A DNA stretch of 32,000 nt from Saccharolobus solfataricus (GTDB lineage Archaea > Thermoproteota > Thermoprotei_A > Sulfolobales > Sulfolobaceae), in contig NZ_LT549890.1 of assembly GCF_900079115.1 (NCBI RefSeq), positions 2,430,001 through 2,462,000 of the forward strand, in the 5' to 3' direction. Positions 23,347 through 32,000 of the stretch are shown piece by piece; position 1 is the first letter of the stretch, and the number at the start of each line of letters is the position of its first letter. The notes under the pieces are model-generated. The model was not told the origin of the DNA. It made no database searches and was given only the letters and a program-made list of their open reading frames with translations. The position numbers were made by a program, and so were the translations under genes.

Positions 23347-24313
23347 ATAACCAACACCTTATTTTTCTTCCATTTTTCTCAATAATGCTTGGCTCTTTCT
23401 TTCTACAAATATCGAAAACTTTACTACATCTATTACTAAACTTACATCCAGTAGGTAATGCAAAAAACGATGGTGGATTACCTGGAATAGCAGTTAACTT
23501 TTGATTTTTATCCCCAGATGGTATACTCGCTACTAACCCTTGGGTGTATGGATGCATTGGTGATTTTAAAACTTCTTCAACTTTTCCGTCCTCCATAATT
23601 CTTCCTGCGTACATTACTACTATTCTATCTGATACTACGTAAGCTAAGGAAATATCATGGGTTATAAAAAGAATGCTTGTATTTATTTCCTTATTTAATT
23701 GTTTAAACAGATTAACCACTTGCGCTTGTATTGTAACGTCCAATGCAGATGTTGGTTCATCCGCTATGAGCAATTTGGGCTTTAATAATAAAGCCATAGA
23801 AATAACTATTCTTTGAACTTGTCCACCTGAAAGTTGGTGAGGGTAACGATCAATAATGGAATAAGGATCTGGAAGTCTTAAATCTTTTAGAACTTCAATA
23901 ACATCTCTCATTAAACTTTCTTCTTCAGCCTTCTTTCCTTCTCTTTGATATCTTATTTTAACAGCTTCTAAGAGCTGAGAGCCTACCTTCTTTACTGGAT
24001 TTAAGCTATTTAATGGATTTTGAAATATCATGAAAACCCATGTTCCTCTATATTTCTGCAGTTCGCTATCTTTTAACTTAGCTAAATTAACTCCATCTAC
24101 TATGATATCGCCTTGAATTCTCGCATTCGGAGGTAAAATTCTGGATATTGCGTGGCCTAATGTAGATTTTCCAGAACCGCTTTCTCCAACAACTCCTACT
24201 ATTTCCCCTTTTTCTACATCTAGGTTTACATCACTTAATACTTTAACCCAGCTAATTAGTGTATTATAGTAAACGTTCAAATTTCTAATCTGAAGCACTA
24301 CCATATTATTCAC
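23339..24313 (-). CDS. dppD: Dpp/Opp-type ABC transporter ATP-binding protein (OppD-like)
   Basis: GESGSGKST, LSGGQVQR, LIADEPTSALD, HPYT and a C-terminal Cys cluster. It overlaps dppF by 8 nt. Confidence 0.9.
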   Translation of the reverse strand: MNNMVVLQIRNLNVYYNTLISWVKVLSDVNLDVEKGEIVGVVGESGSGKSTLGHAISRILPPNARIQGDIIVDGVNLAKLKDSELQKYRGTWVFMIFQNPLNSLNPVKKVGSQLLEAVKIRYQREGKKAEEESLMRDVIEVLKDLRLPDPYSIIDRYPHQLSGGQVQRIVISMALLLKPKLLIADEPTSALDVTIQAQVVNLFKQLNKEINTSILFITHDISLAYVVSDRIVVMYAGRIMEDGKVEEVLKSPMHPYTQGLVASIPSGDKNQKLTAIPGNPPSFFALPTGCKFSNRCSKVFDICRKKEPSIIEKNGRKIRCWLYE

Positions 24314-25210
24314 CTAATAGACTATTCTTCCAGCTACTACATCTTGTAATCTGTCACCTAATAGTACAAAACCTACGACAATAATTAGAATAGTCAACCC
24401 TGGAAATAAGGCCCACCACCAGTATTGCGGTAAACCAGTAACACCATTTGCTGCCATTTCTCCTAATTCTGGGATTGGAGGCGTTATTCCTATTCCTAGA
24501 AACGCTAAGGTCGAATAAGTTAGTATTACGTTACCAAAATCCAATGCTGCATAGGCTAATACAGGGTCTATGGCGTTTAGAAAAATATATCTGTAGAACA
24601 GTGATATTCTAGATACGTTACTTAATTTTGCGGCAGAGATGTAGTCCATGTTCTTTATCCTTAACGTTTGTGCCCTATAGAATCTAGCATAGGTTGGCCA
24701 CCACACTACCGCTAAGCCTAGTATAGTGGCGAAGAAGGTAGCCTTTAATGGTACAGTTATTGCGATAACTAATATTAATGCGGGCAAGGATAGAAAGGCG
24801 TCAGTAACTCTCATTAGGATTTCATCTACAATACCGCCTAGATAACCCGCAAGTATTCCTAATATTCCTCCTATGATTATAGCTGAAAACACTACCACTA
24901 TTGCTACGAATGCATCTCTAGGTAATGCGTATAAAATTCTTGAAAGAATATCTTCCCCTTCTGCATTAGTACCTAAAAGGAAAGTAGATGAAGGAGGATG
25001 AAAAGCCAACTGTAAATTATATTGGAAGGGATTATGTGGAAGGAGTATATAACCTAAATATTGTTTTCTAAGATAACTTGACAATATCTCTAATATTCCT
25101 TGTATGAGAGACCATATTAGGAAAAGGCTTACTATAATTAATCCCAATAATCCAGCCTTATCTCTAATTAGCGCCTTTAACATAAATCTAATTCCGGAAC
25201 TTTCACTCAA
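24314..25210 (-). CDS. dppC: Dpp/Opp-type ABC transporter permease (DppC-like)
   Basis: 298 aa with 6 TM helices and a BPD_transp_1-like EAA region (YISAAKLSNVSRISLFYRYIFLNA). It abuts dppD with no gap. Confidence 0.9.
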   Translation of the reverse strand: MSESSGIRFMLKALIRDKAGLLGLIIVSLFLIWSLIQGILEILSSYLRKQYLGYILLPHNPFQYNLQLAFHPPSSTFLLGTNAEGEDILSRILYALPRDAFVAIVVVFSAIIIGGILGILAGYLGGIVDEILMRVTDAFLSLPALILVIAITVPLKATFFATILGLAVVWWPTYARFYRAQTLRIKNMDYISAAKLSNVSRISLFYRYIFLNAIDPVLAYAALDFGNVILTYSTLAFLGIGITPPIPELGEMAANGVTGLPQYWWWALFPGLTILIIVVGFVLLGDRLQDVVAGRIVY

Positions 25211-26234
25211 CTATCCTCACCCTTGGATCTAGAACCCCGTAAAGTATATCTGCTATAAGATTCGCTATTATTATTGCAATTCCAACAATTATTGTTGTCC
25301 CCAAAATTGATGTGTAATCTAGACTTTCTATTGCTTGAGTAATGAAATACCCCATTCCATGATATTGGAATATATCCTCAATCACGACTGCCCCAGCTAC
25401 TGAGTATCCGAAAAGCAAAGCAATCAATGTTACTAATGGTATCGATGCATTTCTTAAAACCACACCATATACAACTCTTCTTCTACTAAGCCCCTTCATG
25501 AGACTAAGTTTAGCGAAGTCAGATTCCATATAATCCAGCATTGAAGCTCTGGCTATTCTAGTCACTATTCCAAAACTGACCAACGCAATCGCTATAACAG
25601 GCAAGACCATATGGTGGACTAAACTAGAAAAATAAGGCCAATCCCCTGCTAACATCGCGTTAAGCAAAGGAAAAGGTGTTATAGACTTTGGCGGAGTAAG
25701 AACTGGGTTGACAGTACCGGTAGGGGGTAATAATCTGAGATAGTATGCTATAACTAGCTGTAATATAACAGCAATTAAAAATGGCGGAGATGCCCAAGTA
25801 ACTAAGTAAACGCCACGGACCAGATAATCCAGCGGTTTATTTCTGTTTGATGCAGCTATGGCGCCAGTAAACAAACCAATAACTACGGAAAGTATTGTTG
25901 CTGGTATTACCAACTCTAGGGTTCTTGGTAAATATTTTCCAATCAGCGTAATCACCGGTACCTTATATGTTGGATCTATACCGAAATTTCCATGTAGTAC
26001 ATTAATTATGTAGTTAATTATTTGGATGTAAAGGGGTTGGTCAAGTCCATATTGTTTGGCTACCTGTTCTAACTCTGTGTAGGTCGCATGTGGCCCAGTG
26101 TATAGCCTTGCTAAGGCTAAGGGATTTGGTGCTATTATATGTATCATAATAAAAACCAATATAATTAGTAATATTAGGGTAATGAAAGCATTAATGATTC
26201 TTCTTATGATAAAGAAAACTATATTTATGGACAT
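25203..26234 (-). CDS. dppB: Dpp/Opp-type ABC transporter permease (DppB-like)
   Basis: 343 aa with an N-terminal IIRRIINAFITLILLIILVF and an EAA-like DFAKLSLMKGLSRRRVVYGVVLRNA. It overlaps dppC by 8 nt. Confidence 0.9.
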   Translation of the reverse strand: MSINIVFFIIRRIINAFITLILLIILVFIMIHIIAPNPLALARLYTGPHATYTELEQVAKQYGLDQPLYIQIINYIINVLHGNFGIDPTYKVPVITLIGKYLPRTLELVIPATILSVVIGLFTGAIAASNRNKPLDYLVRGVYLVTWASPPFLIAVILQLVIAYYLRLLPPTGTVNPVLTPPKSITPFPLLNAMLAGDWPYFSSLVHHMVLPVIAIALVSFGIVTRIARASMLDYMESDFAKLSLMKGLSRRRVVYGVVLRNASIPLVTLIALLFGYSVAGAVVIEDIFQYHGMGYFITQAIESLDYTSILGTTIIVGIAIIIANLIADILYGVLDPRVRIVE

Positions 26235-26323
26235 ACCATGTCCATTTAAATAAAGTTTGAGGGTACTAATATATTTATTCTCACAAAGTAAACGAGGAAA
26301 GAAAAAGAAAAATAAAGATGACT

Positions 26324-28504
26324 TTAGAACCCTGGACCTCCTCTACCTCTTCCTCTTAAGAGGACTACTGCTACTACTATTATAATTATCACGATGACTA
26401 TTCCTATTACTGCATAAATTAGTGTAGATGAGGAAGATGAAGTAGTTGTCGTCATACTGGTTACTGACGTAGTAATATTCGTAGCACCACCAAATACAAT
26501 ACTTGTTGTCGTAGTTTGAAGCGTAGTAGTTGTTGTAGAGGAGGTCGTGCTGGTTGAAGTTGATATAGTTATAGTGTATGGTTGATAATACATTAGGTTA
26601 TAGTAATAGCCTATGAATGGGTTATATACAAATCCTTTCACATAGGGCTGGACAAAGTAATATACTACAGGGTTTGGTAACCAAGCGTATGGTGCTTGTT
26701 GATACAATATCTGATATACTTTAGCCACCTCTAAAGTTTGTTGTGTTTGATTTGTTAAGAAGGGTAAATTCTCGTATATTTGCTGTAATGTTGAAATATT
26801 AACCCACGCTAAATCTCCAGATATTCCACCGTATAATACATCAGTTTGTGCCATTAATTCTTGGAAAATCGGATCTGGCCAATCAGGGAACCAGCCTAAA
26901 TCTATCAGAGCAGGTGTGCCACTTGGTGTTATCCAGTTGTCGGTTACGGAAGGTAGGACATACTGTATTGATGTTGAAATCCCTATCTTTTGTAAGCTTT
27001 CTTGAATTATTGTTAGTTGTTCTTGCTCTAACTCATTCACAGGTGCTAAAGCGTATATAGTTAATGTGCCTAATTGCTTACCATTAGTATCACCTATCGT
27101 AGTTCCGTTAGGCAATACAACATAGAAGTGCCCTTCATATCCAGCTTCATTCAAGTAGTGTAAGGCTAAGGATAGGTTGTAGGTGTAGGGGTGTAACTTA
27201 TCTAATTGCATAACTTCGTTATAGAGTGGGAATACCGGAGATATTGGACCTAAATACTCTATTGCTAGCGTTTGATTTTGGAATTTGAATATATCTAATT
27301 CTGCGGTATAGTTTATAGCGTGAACTATTGCTTGCCTAAATGCAGTAATGTTAGTAGGGAAGATTTGCGTATTCATTGCAATGTAGAATACTGCTGCCTC
27401 ATAACCTAAATTTGCAAATATTTGGTTAAAACTTACATATTTATTATACTGATATGCAGAGTACATTTGCTGTAAGAATGGTAAGCTAACGTATGAAATT
27501 TGTGCTTGATTCGTAGCAAAATCCTCAACTCTATTATTGTGGCTTAATCCGTATTTTATGTCAATAACTGGTATATGTCCCGGTTGAGCTACAAGTGGTA
27601 TGTTAGATAAATTGGCAGCCCAATAATGTGGATTCTTCACTAATACGATCTCAGATAAACTAGGTCCCACACTCTTAATCACATAAGGACCAGTTCCTTC
27701 CATACCATTGTCATTAATATATGAGTTAGGAGTATTTGGCTGAACTCCACCATGTTCATCAATAAAGACTGGATTAACTATTGCTCCCCACCAGCTAGCT
27801 ATATCTAATAGGAAGTACCTATAGGGTTCAAGTGTATTTATCTCGACCTCATAAGGACCCTTAACTACTACCGCTTGGTATGGGTATTCCATGATTTTCT
27901 GTATTGTAGTATTCGCAGCGTTGAAATGAGATAGTATTGATGCAAGTACATTCGCAGCTAGTGTTGCGTTCTTAGTAGTCGGTAATCCAGTAACGTTTTG
28001 TATTGCTGCTGCTACACCCCACGGTAAGGCATATCCAGTCTGTCCATATTGAGTTGAATTGAATAGTAGTTCAATATAGTTAGCTACACCAGGGCCTTGT
28101 CCCATTAGTATGGTCCTATAGAACGAGAACCAAACAGTACTAGCGTTTACTTGTACTCCATCTGGGAAGTATACTCCATGTCTTATGAAGAATGTCCAGT
28201 TCTCATAGTTTGTGGTTGACCAGTTCTGGGCTATAACTGGAACAACTTGTAAATAATTCGAACCGTTAAATTCCACTAGTTCTTGAAATATTGCTTGATA
28301 TAACGGTCCATCTTGAACGTAAAATCCAGTAGCTGGGTCAAGTGCATCAGGAGGTGCTGTTTGGGAAACGTCAATAAGTATAGATGAGTTTGGCGGAGAT
28401 ATTGTTAGTGATGTTTGTGCTGAAGTTTGCAATAAAAATAGTGATGGTAGAATTATGCCTATTAACATTATTGATAAAAGCGCTAAACCCTTGAGGCTAG
28501 ACAT
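26324..28504 (-). CDS. dppA: family 5 (Dpp/Opp-type) substrate-binding protein with Ser/Thr-rich stalk and C-terminal TM anchor
   Basis: 726 aa with an N-terminal signal sequence and an SBP_bac_5-like body (GTGPYVIKS, NPHYW). The tail is TISTSTSTTSSTTTTTLQTTTTS...TTTTSSSSST, then the hydrophobic LIYAVIGIVIVIIIIVVAVVLL, then RGRGRGG. This is the Sulfolobus-style anchored binding-protein architecture. Confidence 0.88.
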   Translation of the reverse strand: MSSLKGLALLSIMLIGIILPSLFLLQTSAQTSLTISPPNSSILIDVSQTAPPDALDPATGFYVQDGPLYQAIFQELVEFNGSNYLQVVPVIAQNWSTTNYENWTFFIRHGVYFPDGVQVNASTVWFSFYRTILMGQGPGVANYIELLFNSTQYGQTGYALPWGVAAAIQNVTGLPTTKNATLAANVLASILSHFNAANTTIQKIMEYPYQAVVVKGPYEVEINTLEPYRYFLLDIASWWGAIVNPVFIDEHGGVQPNTPNSYINDNGMEGTGPYVIKSVGPSLSEIVLVKNPHYWAANLSNIPLVAQPGHIPVIDIKYGLSHNNRVEDFATNQAQISYVSLPFLQQMYSAYQYNKYVSFNQIFANLGYEAAVFYIAMNTQIFPTNITAFRQAIVHAINYTAELDIFKFQNQTLAIEYLGPISPVFPLYNEVMQLDKLHPYTYNLSLALHYLNEAGYEGHFYVVLPNGTTIGDTNGKQLGTLTIYALAPVNELEQEQLTIIQESLQKIGISTSIQYVLPSVTDNWITPSGTPALIDLGWFPDWPDPIFQELMAQTDVLYGGISGDLAWVNISTLQQIYENLPFLTNQTQQTLEVAKVYQILYQQAPYAWLPNPVVYYFVQPYVKGFVYNPFIGYYYNLMYYQPYTITISTSTSTTSSTTTTTLQTTTTSIVFGGATNITTSVTSMTTTTSSSSSTLIYAVIGIVIVIIIIVVAVVLLRGRGRGGPGF

Positions 28505-28648
28505 TTATAATCCCGAAAATGCTTATCACTTTACGTTTAAAAAATTTATGGAAATATACATCGATCATATGTAGACTTTTTTAAAATAGTAATGGCAAAA
28601 TTTTACAAATTAAAATTTAGCCTATCTTCTAATGGAGAAATATCTGGA

Positions 28649-29596
28649 CTATATCTTAACACTTTTATGTACTCCATCATCCATTAAGGCTACACAGTAA
28701 CTTGCTATTCTAGCCAATTCCCTTGCCAGTTCTCTGCATTCTATCTTGCTTCCATACACTATCTTGTTTATTTCTTTCATACTTTCCCTTATACTCCTTA
28801 CGTGATCTATATTTTCGTCGAAAAATACTTCTCGAGATTTCTCAAACATATTTACAATGATTTTAATTATGGAATTCAGTTCTTTATCGTTGGATGTGTT
28901 TCCACATTCTGTTATGGCTAGGGATGCGGTTTTTATATGAGATAGCATTCTTCCCATGTCACGCATTGCTATTGCATAGAGTATTAGATCTCTAGTTGGC
29001 AAGCCTTTTACTACAAATTCCTCCTCTTTCTGTGAGACTAGTGCTATTTCCCTTATTACTGAATTGTATAATTTGTTTAACTCTTCAGCACGGTTTTTCA
29101 AATCTATAGCCATCTCCTTACTAGGATTTTCAATTATCTTTTCCAGATCCTTTAGTAGTACTAGTAATTTACTAGAGAAAGTTTTCATTCTTTCGACCAC
29201 GTTAGTATTAACATCATCTTGAACTTTGAACGTAATATAGTTAAAGCTTTCACTCTCAATTGTTAAACCTGGTAAATATAATTGCAAATTTTTTAGCTCA
29301 TCCTTTATAGGTGCTGATATTACGGACTTCGATTTTATCTCTATTTCTGAAATCCCTTGCATATAGTATACCGTTATCAAGTATTTGGTAGTTTCTAGAT
29401 CAATAAGATCAAGGTCAATTATCTTTCTAGTAATATAATCCCTTATAGGTTTTATTAATAGCTCTCCATTCTTTTCTATAACAAAAACCTCACTTTTAGC
29501 ATCTAAGTTATTTCTCCTAACCCATTCTGGAGGTAATGTTATTATGTAACTGCCACCTTTAATTTTCTGAATTCTTCTCCTTAGATTCTTCTCCAT
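28649..29596 (-). CDS. AbrB/SpoVT-domain plus PhoU-like-repeat regulator
   Basis: 315 aa. The N-terminal IQKIKGGSYIITLPPEWVRRNNL is a swapped-hairpin AbrB motif. The rest is helical with two PhoU-like repeats (COG0704-like archaeal architecture). Confidence 0.7.
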   Translation of the reverse strand: MEKNLRRRIQKIKGGSYIITLPPEWVRRNNLDAKSEVFVIEKNGELLIKPIRDYITRKIIDLDLIDLETTKYLITVYYMQGISEIEIKSKSVISAPIKDELKNLQLYLPGLTIESESFNYITFKVQDDVNTNVVERMKTFSSKLLVLLKDLEKIIENPSKEMAIDLKNRAEELNKLYNSVIREIALVSQKEEEFVVKGLPTRDLILYAIAMRDMGRMLSHIKTASLAITECGNTSNDKELNSIIKIIVNMFEKSREVFFDENIDHVRSIRESMKEINKIVYGSKIECRELARELARIASYCVALMDDGVHKSVKI

Positions 29597-29638
29597 TAAT
29601 ATATAAAAATTAAAGACCTAATAAAAAGGTTTGTGAAT

Positions 29639-30649
29639 TCAGAATATTGAAGCTACTAAATCATCTTCCTTTAGTTCTATATCTTCATCCCCATTTATCC
29701 CAATCTCCGGCATTGAGGGAACCTTAACGTTAAATCTCTTAACATTACTAGCCACTCTGGCAACAGCTTCTCTCCAAATCCTCTCTCTTTCCTCAATCGT
29801 TGGCAATCCTAAACCAGCGTCAATTGCTAGCTCCTCCATTTTCTCGTGTACCTCTTTGTACCATGGAGGCAATTTCCAGAACTCCTTAGGGGGTTTATAG
29901 GTTATTAAAGATAGGAAGACAAAACCAGCTCTTATCTGTTTAGTTACAAACATCTTCTTCTCTTCATTCATTTTATTTAAGTTATCAGTTAATATTAAGT
30001 GTGTAAAAGCATAATGTCTAGTCTCATCTACAGTTAAATTTCTAAACGCGTCCTTAAATGTGGGTATTTTAGTCTTATCCTTCATTCCACTAAATACTGT
30101 TGTAGCCGCAGCTTCACCCATCATAAAAGATGTAAATAGAATATCCAGAGTGTATTTATTATAAGCTTCAATATAACCTTTCCAATACCTAGAACCGTTC
30201 CACCAAACCCACTCAACGTTTAGCTTAGCCTTCCTTTCCAAATCATCTTGTGGTTTAAAATTAAAGGGAAATCCTTTCATTGCCTTATCTATTGCAAATC
30301 CACACAGCACATTATGTCTATTCTCATCAAATGTTATCGTCGTTAGGAGGGCTTTTATGGTTACTGGTAATCTTTTTTCACTAGCTTTTACTAATGCGTA
30401 AGCGAAAACCGGTGTCGCGTTATCGAAGTTAGATAACAGAGCCCACCAATAGGCCAACGCTAATCTCTGTTTTCTATCAAGGCCAGATATTATTTCCTCG
30501 TATTTTTTCCAGTCTAAATCTTCCTCATCCCATTGCTCCTTTTTGGCCCTCCTATAAAGTCTCATAGCTTTCTCGTTATCAAACTCCCATGCGGGTGGAT
30601 AGACATTATCCTCAGGATATATTGGATCATCATTATAATTTATATCCAT
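29639..30649 (-). CDS. ferritin-like di-iron carboxylate protein (acyl desaturase/AurF-like motifs)
   Basis: 336 aa with two ExxH motifs about 100 aa apart: FDENRH at aa 107-112 and VDETRH at aa 207-212. Each is preceded about 30 aa earlier by an acidic residue (D76, E179). This is the classic 4-helix di-iron ligand pattern. Confidence 0.7.
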   Translation of the reverse strand: MDINYNDDPIYPEDNVYPPAWEFDNEKAMRLYRRAKKEQWDEEDLDWKKYEEIISGLDRKQRLALAYWWALLSNFDNATPVFAYALVKASEKRLPVTIKALLTTITFDENRHNVLCGFAIDKAMKGFPFNFKPQDDLERKAKLNVEWVWWNGSRYWKGYIEAYNKYTLDILFTSFMMGEAAATTVFSGMKDKTKIPTFKDAFRNLTVDETRHYAFTHLILTDNLNKMNEEKKMFVTKQIRAGFVFLSLITYKPPKEFWKLPPWYKEVHEKMEELAIDAGLGLPTIEERERIWREAVARVASNVKRFNVKVPSMPEIGINGDEDIELKEDDLVASIF

Positions 30650-30758
30650 GTATCCACCATATATATGTTATTGATTCAAATATATAAGCTTTTCCAGACA
30701 CTTAAAAAAAATGAAGATTAAGTAAACTATAAGATAAGAATAGAAATTAGGTTCTCCT

Positions 30759-31124
30759 CTAATTATCCAGATGGTATACTAAAGCAGTAACGTAAGCCAC
30801 GAGCTTTCCATCTTCATTTTTTACAATTATCCTATAAAGGGAAGTAGTTTTTCCGCTGCTTTCCTCAAATGCTTCTGCTATTACTTTCTCTCCTTCTTTT
30901 ACCGGCCTTCTAAAATCGATATCCATATGTAAGGCTACTGAATCACGAGAGAAGTTACTAATGTATTCGAAAGCTGCATCAGCGATGGCGAAAATAAAAG
31001 AACCATGGGCGGTGTTATGTAAGTTTAAGAAATCTTTAGCCACAACTCCAGAAACCCTAGCGTAACCTTCCCTTATCTCCTCCAATTCTATGTTAAGAAA
31101 TTTAAGAAAAGGACTCTCTTTCAT
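30759..31124 (-). CDS. PaaI/4HBT-type hotdog-fold thioesterase
   Basis: 121 aa. NLHNTAHGSFIFAIADAAF matches the PaaI-family N..G..HGG....L.D core with small deviations. The size and position next to crotonases fit. Confidence 0.78.
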   Translation of the reverse strand: MKESPFLKFLNIELEEIREGYARVSGVVAKDFLNLHNTAHGSFIFAIADAAFEYISNFSRDSVALHMDIDFRRPVKEGEKVIAEAFEESSGKTTSLYRIIVKNEDGKLVAYVTALVYHLDN

Positions 31125-31127
31125 TAT

Positions 31128-31877
31128 TTAAACTCCCTTAAATTTAGGCTCTCTTTTCTCTTTGAATGATGATATACCTTCCTTAAAGTCCTCAGTTTTT
31201 CCTAAATAACCTTGTATGGCGGATTCGTACTCTAAAAACCTTTCTAGATCATTATACAATACTAAATTAGCCATTCTCTTTCCAGCAATATAAGACTGGA
31301 ATGGACCATTTAGGATTTTATTAGCCATTTCCTCAGCGTCGTAAAGTGGATTTTCCGATATCTTCAACAATCCCCATCTCTCGGCATCCTCTGCAGTAAA
31401 TTCCCCTCCTAGGACAGCAATCTCATAGGCTCTTTGATCTCTAGTCAGCTTCAAAAGGAAGTACGCTACTCCAGTGTCTGAAGCTAATCCAAGTCTTTGA
31501 AATGCAGTAACGAATTTGACTTCACGCTTAGCGAATTTGAAATCTGTAGATAAGCTTATCCCTATACAAGCTCCAGCTGTAACACCATTTATTGCAGCTA
31601 TGTAAATTTTATCTGAAAAACGTATCTCCCTAATTATTGGATAAAACGTCTCCCGTAAGTCTATCGTAAAATCTGGGGCGAACTCATTTACGTCAGCCCC
31701 TACGCAGAATGCCCTTCCTTCACCAGTCAGTATTACAGTTCTAATTTTCGGATTAGCGTTAATTTCTTTAAGTTTTGATATCAGTTCATTTCTCATTTCC
31801 AAGTTCAACGCGTTTAATTTATCAGCTCTACTTATTGTAACTACTACGTACCCATCTTTATTATCTACTTTTATCAT
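31128..31877 (-). CDS. enoyl-CoA hydratase/isomerase (crotonase) family protein
   Basis: 249 aa with [33 protein letters not shown] and a C-terminal [16 protein letters not shown]. Confidence 0.88.
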   Translation of the reverse strand: MIKVDNKDGYVVVTISRADKLNALNLEMRNELISKLKEINANPKIRTVILTGEGRAFCVGADVNEFAPDFTIDLRETFYPIIREIRFSDKIYIAAINGVTAGACIGISLSTDFKFAKREVKFVTAFQRLGLASDTGVAYFLLKLTRDQRAYEIAVLGGEFTAEDAERWGLLKISENPLYDAEEMANKILNGPFQSYIAGKRMANLVLYNDLERFLEYESAIQGYLGKTEDFKEGISSFKEKREPKFKGV

Positions 31878-32000
31878 TCTCCCACCTAGGTTTTCTCTTC
31901 TCTAAAAACGCTCTCATACCTTCTTTAGCCTCTTTTGTATTTAAAGCCAAATAGAAATTCCTTCTTTCGAAGTCTAATCCTTGCTGTAGTAAAGTATCCC
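31861..32000 (-). CDS. enoyl-CoA hydratase family protein, C-terminal fragment (gene starts beyond the window)
   Basis: The minus-strand frame reads ...[45 protein letters not shown], then TAA at 31861-31863. [12 protein letters not shown] is the crotonase C-terminal signature. It overlaps the next gene's start by 17 nt. Confidence 0.75.
   Translation of the reverse strand, partial: DTLLQQGLDFERRNFYLALNTKEAKEGMRAFLEKRKPRWENDKSR

Noticed and set aside
22397-23504. Plus-strand ORFs 22397-22600, 22676-22918 and 23319-23504
   Set aside because: They are antisense to the dppF and dppD ATPase genes, which have full Walker and signature motifs.
26848-27060. 70-aa plus-strand ORF
   Set aside because: It is antisense to dppA.
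30533-30721. 62-aa plus-strand ORF
   Set aside because: It is largely antisense to the di-iron protein gene's 5' end and has AT-rich low-complexity content.
1-32000. Scan for CRISPR arrays, cas genes, IS elements/transposases, integrases, tRNA and rRNA genes
   Set aside because: I saw no regularly spaced direct repeats, no DDE or serine/tyrosine recombinase-like ORF, and no cloverleaf-compatible or rRNA-like sequence. The absence is by eye only and should be confirmed with CRISPR-finder, ISfinder and tRNAscan-type tools.

Overview
This window looks like a chromosomal segment from a Sulfolobales crenarchaeon. It is AT-rich, TATA-like boxes sit about 25-28 nt upstream of many start codons (leaderless mRNAs), GGTG ribosome-binding sites occur inside operons, and T-tracts follow genes. 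From memory, the protein set most resembles Saccharolobus/Sulfolobus solfataricus-islandicus.

Most of the window is core or housekeeping. It holds the citrate synthase 3' end, triosephosphate isomerase, a class V aminotransferase, TenA, Pcm, an ABC-2 type exporter pair, Hsp20 and a UbiB/ABC1 kinase. It also holds a probable RNase P RNA, the trehalose synthase TreT, an HtrA-like protease, peroxiredoxin Bcp and a five-gene Dpp/Opp-type ABC importer. At the right edge are an AbrB-PhoU regulator and an acyl-CoA cluster (di-iron protein, PaaI-type thioesterase, two crotonases).

I found no CRISPR array, cas gene, transposase, tRNA or rRNA.

The best candidate for something undescribed is the AT-rich three-gene block at 14309-17272. 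It encodes an orphan Csx1/CARF-like protein whose signature motifs appear eroded. Two unknown proteins that each open with a ribbon-helix-helix-like segment converge on it.

Other points worth a second look:
- a roughly 500 bp non-coding gap with stacked hairpins (2471-2977)
- a gene apparently broken by an in-frame TAG plus a frameshift (1774-2578)
- a 990-aa hyper-glycosylated surface protein with eight tandem repeats
- a leaderless Arg-rich upstream ORF ending inside the hsp20 ribosome-binding site
- an 18-bp perfect palindrome on the htrA promoter
- a C/D-box sRNA candidate
- 4-Cys motifs in both Dpp ATPases
- a desaturase-like di-iron protein

CDS coordinates follow the supplied ORF track. 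Small-motif coordinates were derived by hand and may be off by 1-2 nt. All homology statements come from memory of family signatures, not from searches.
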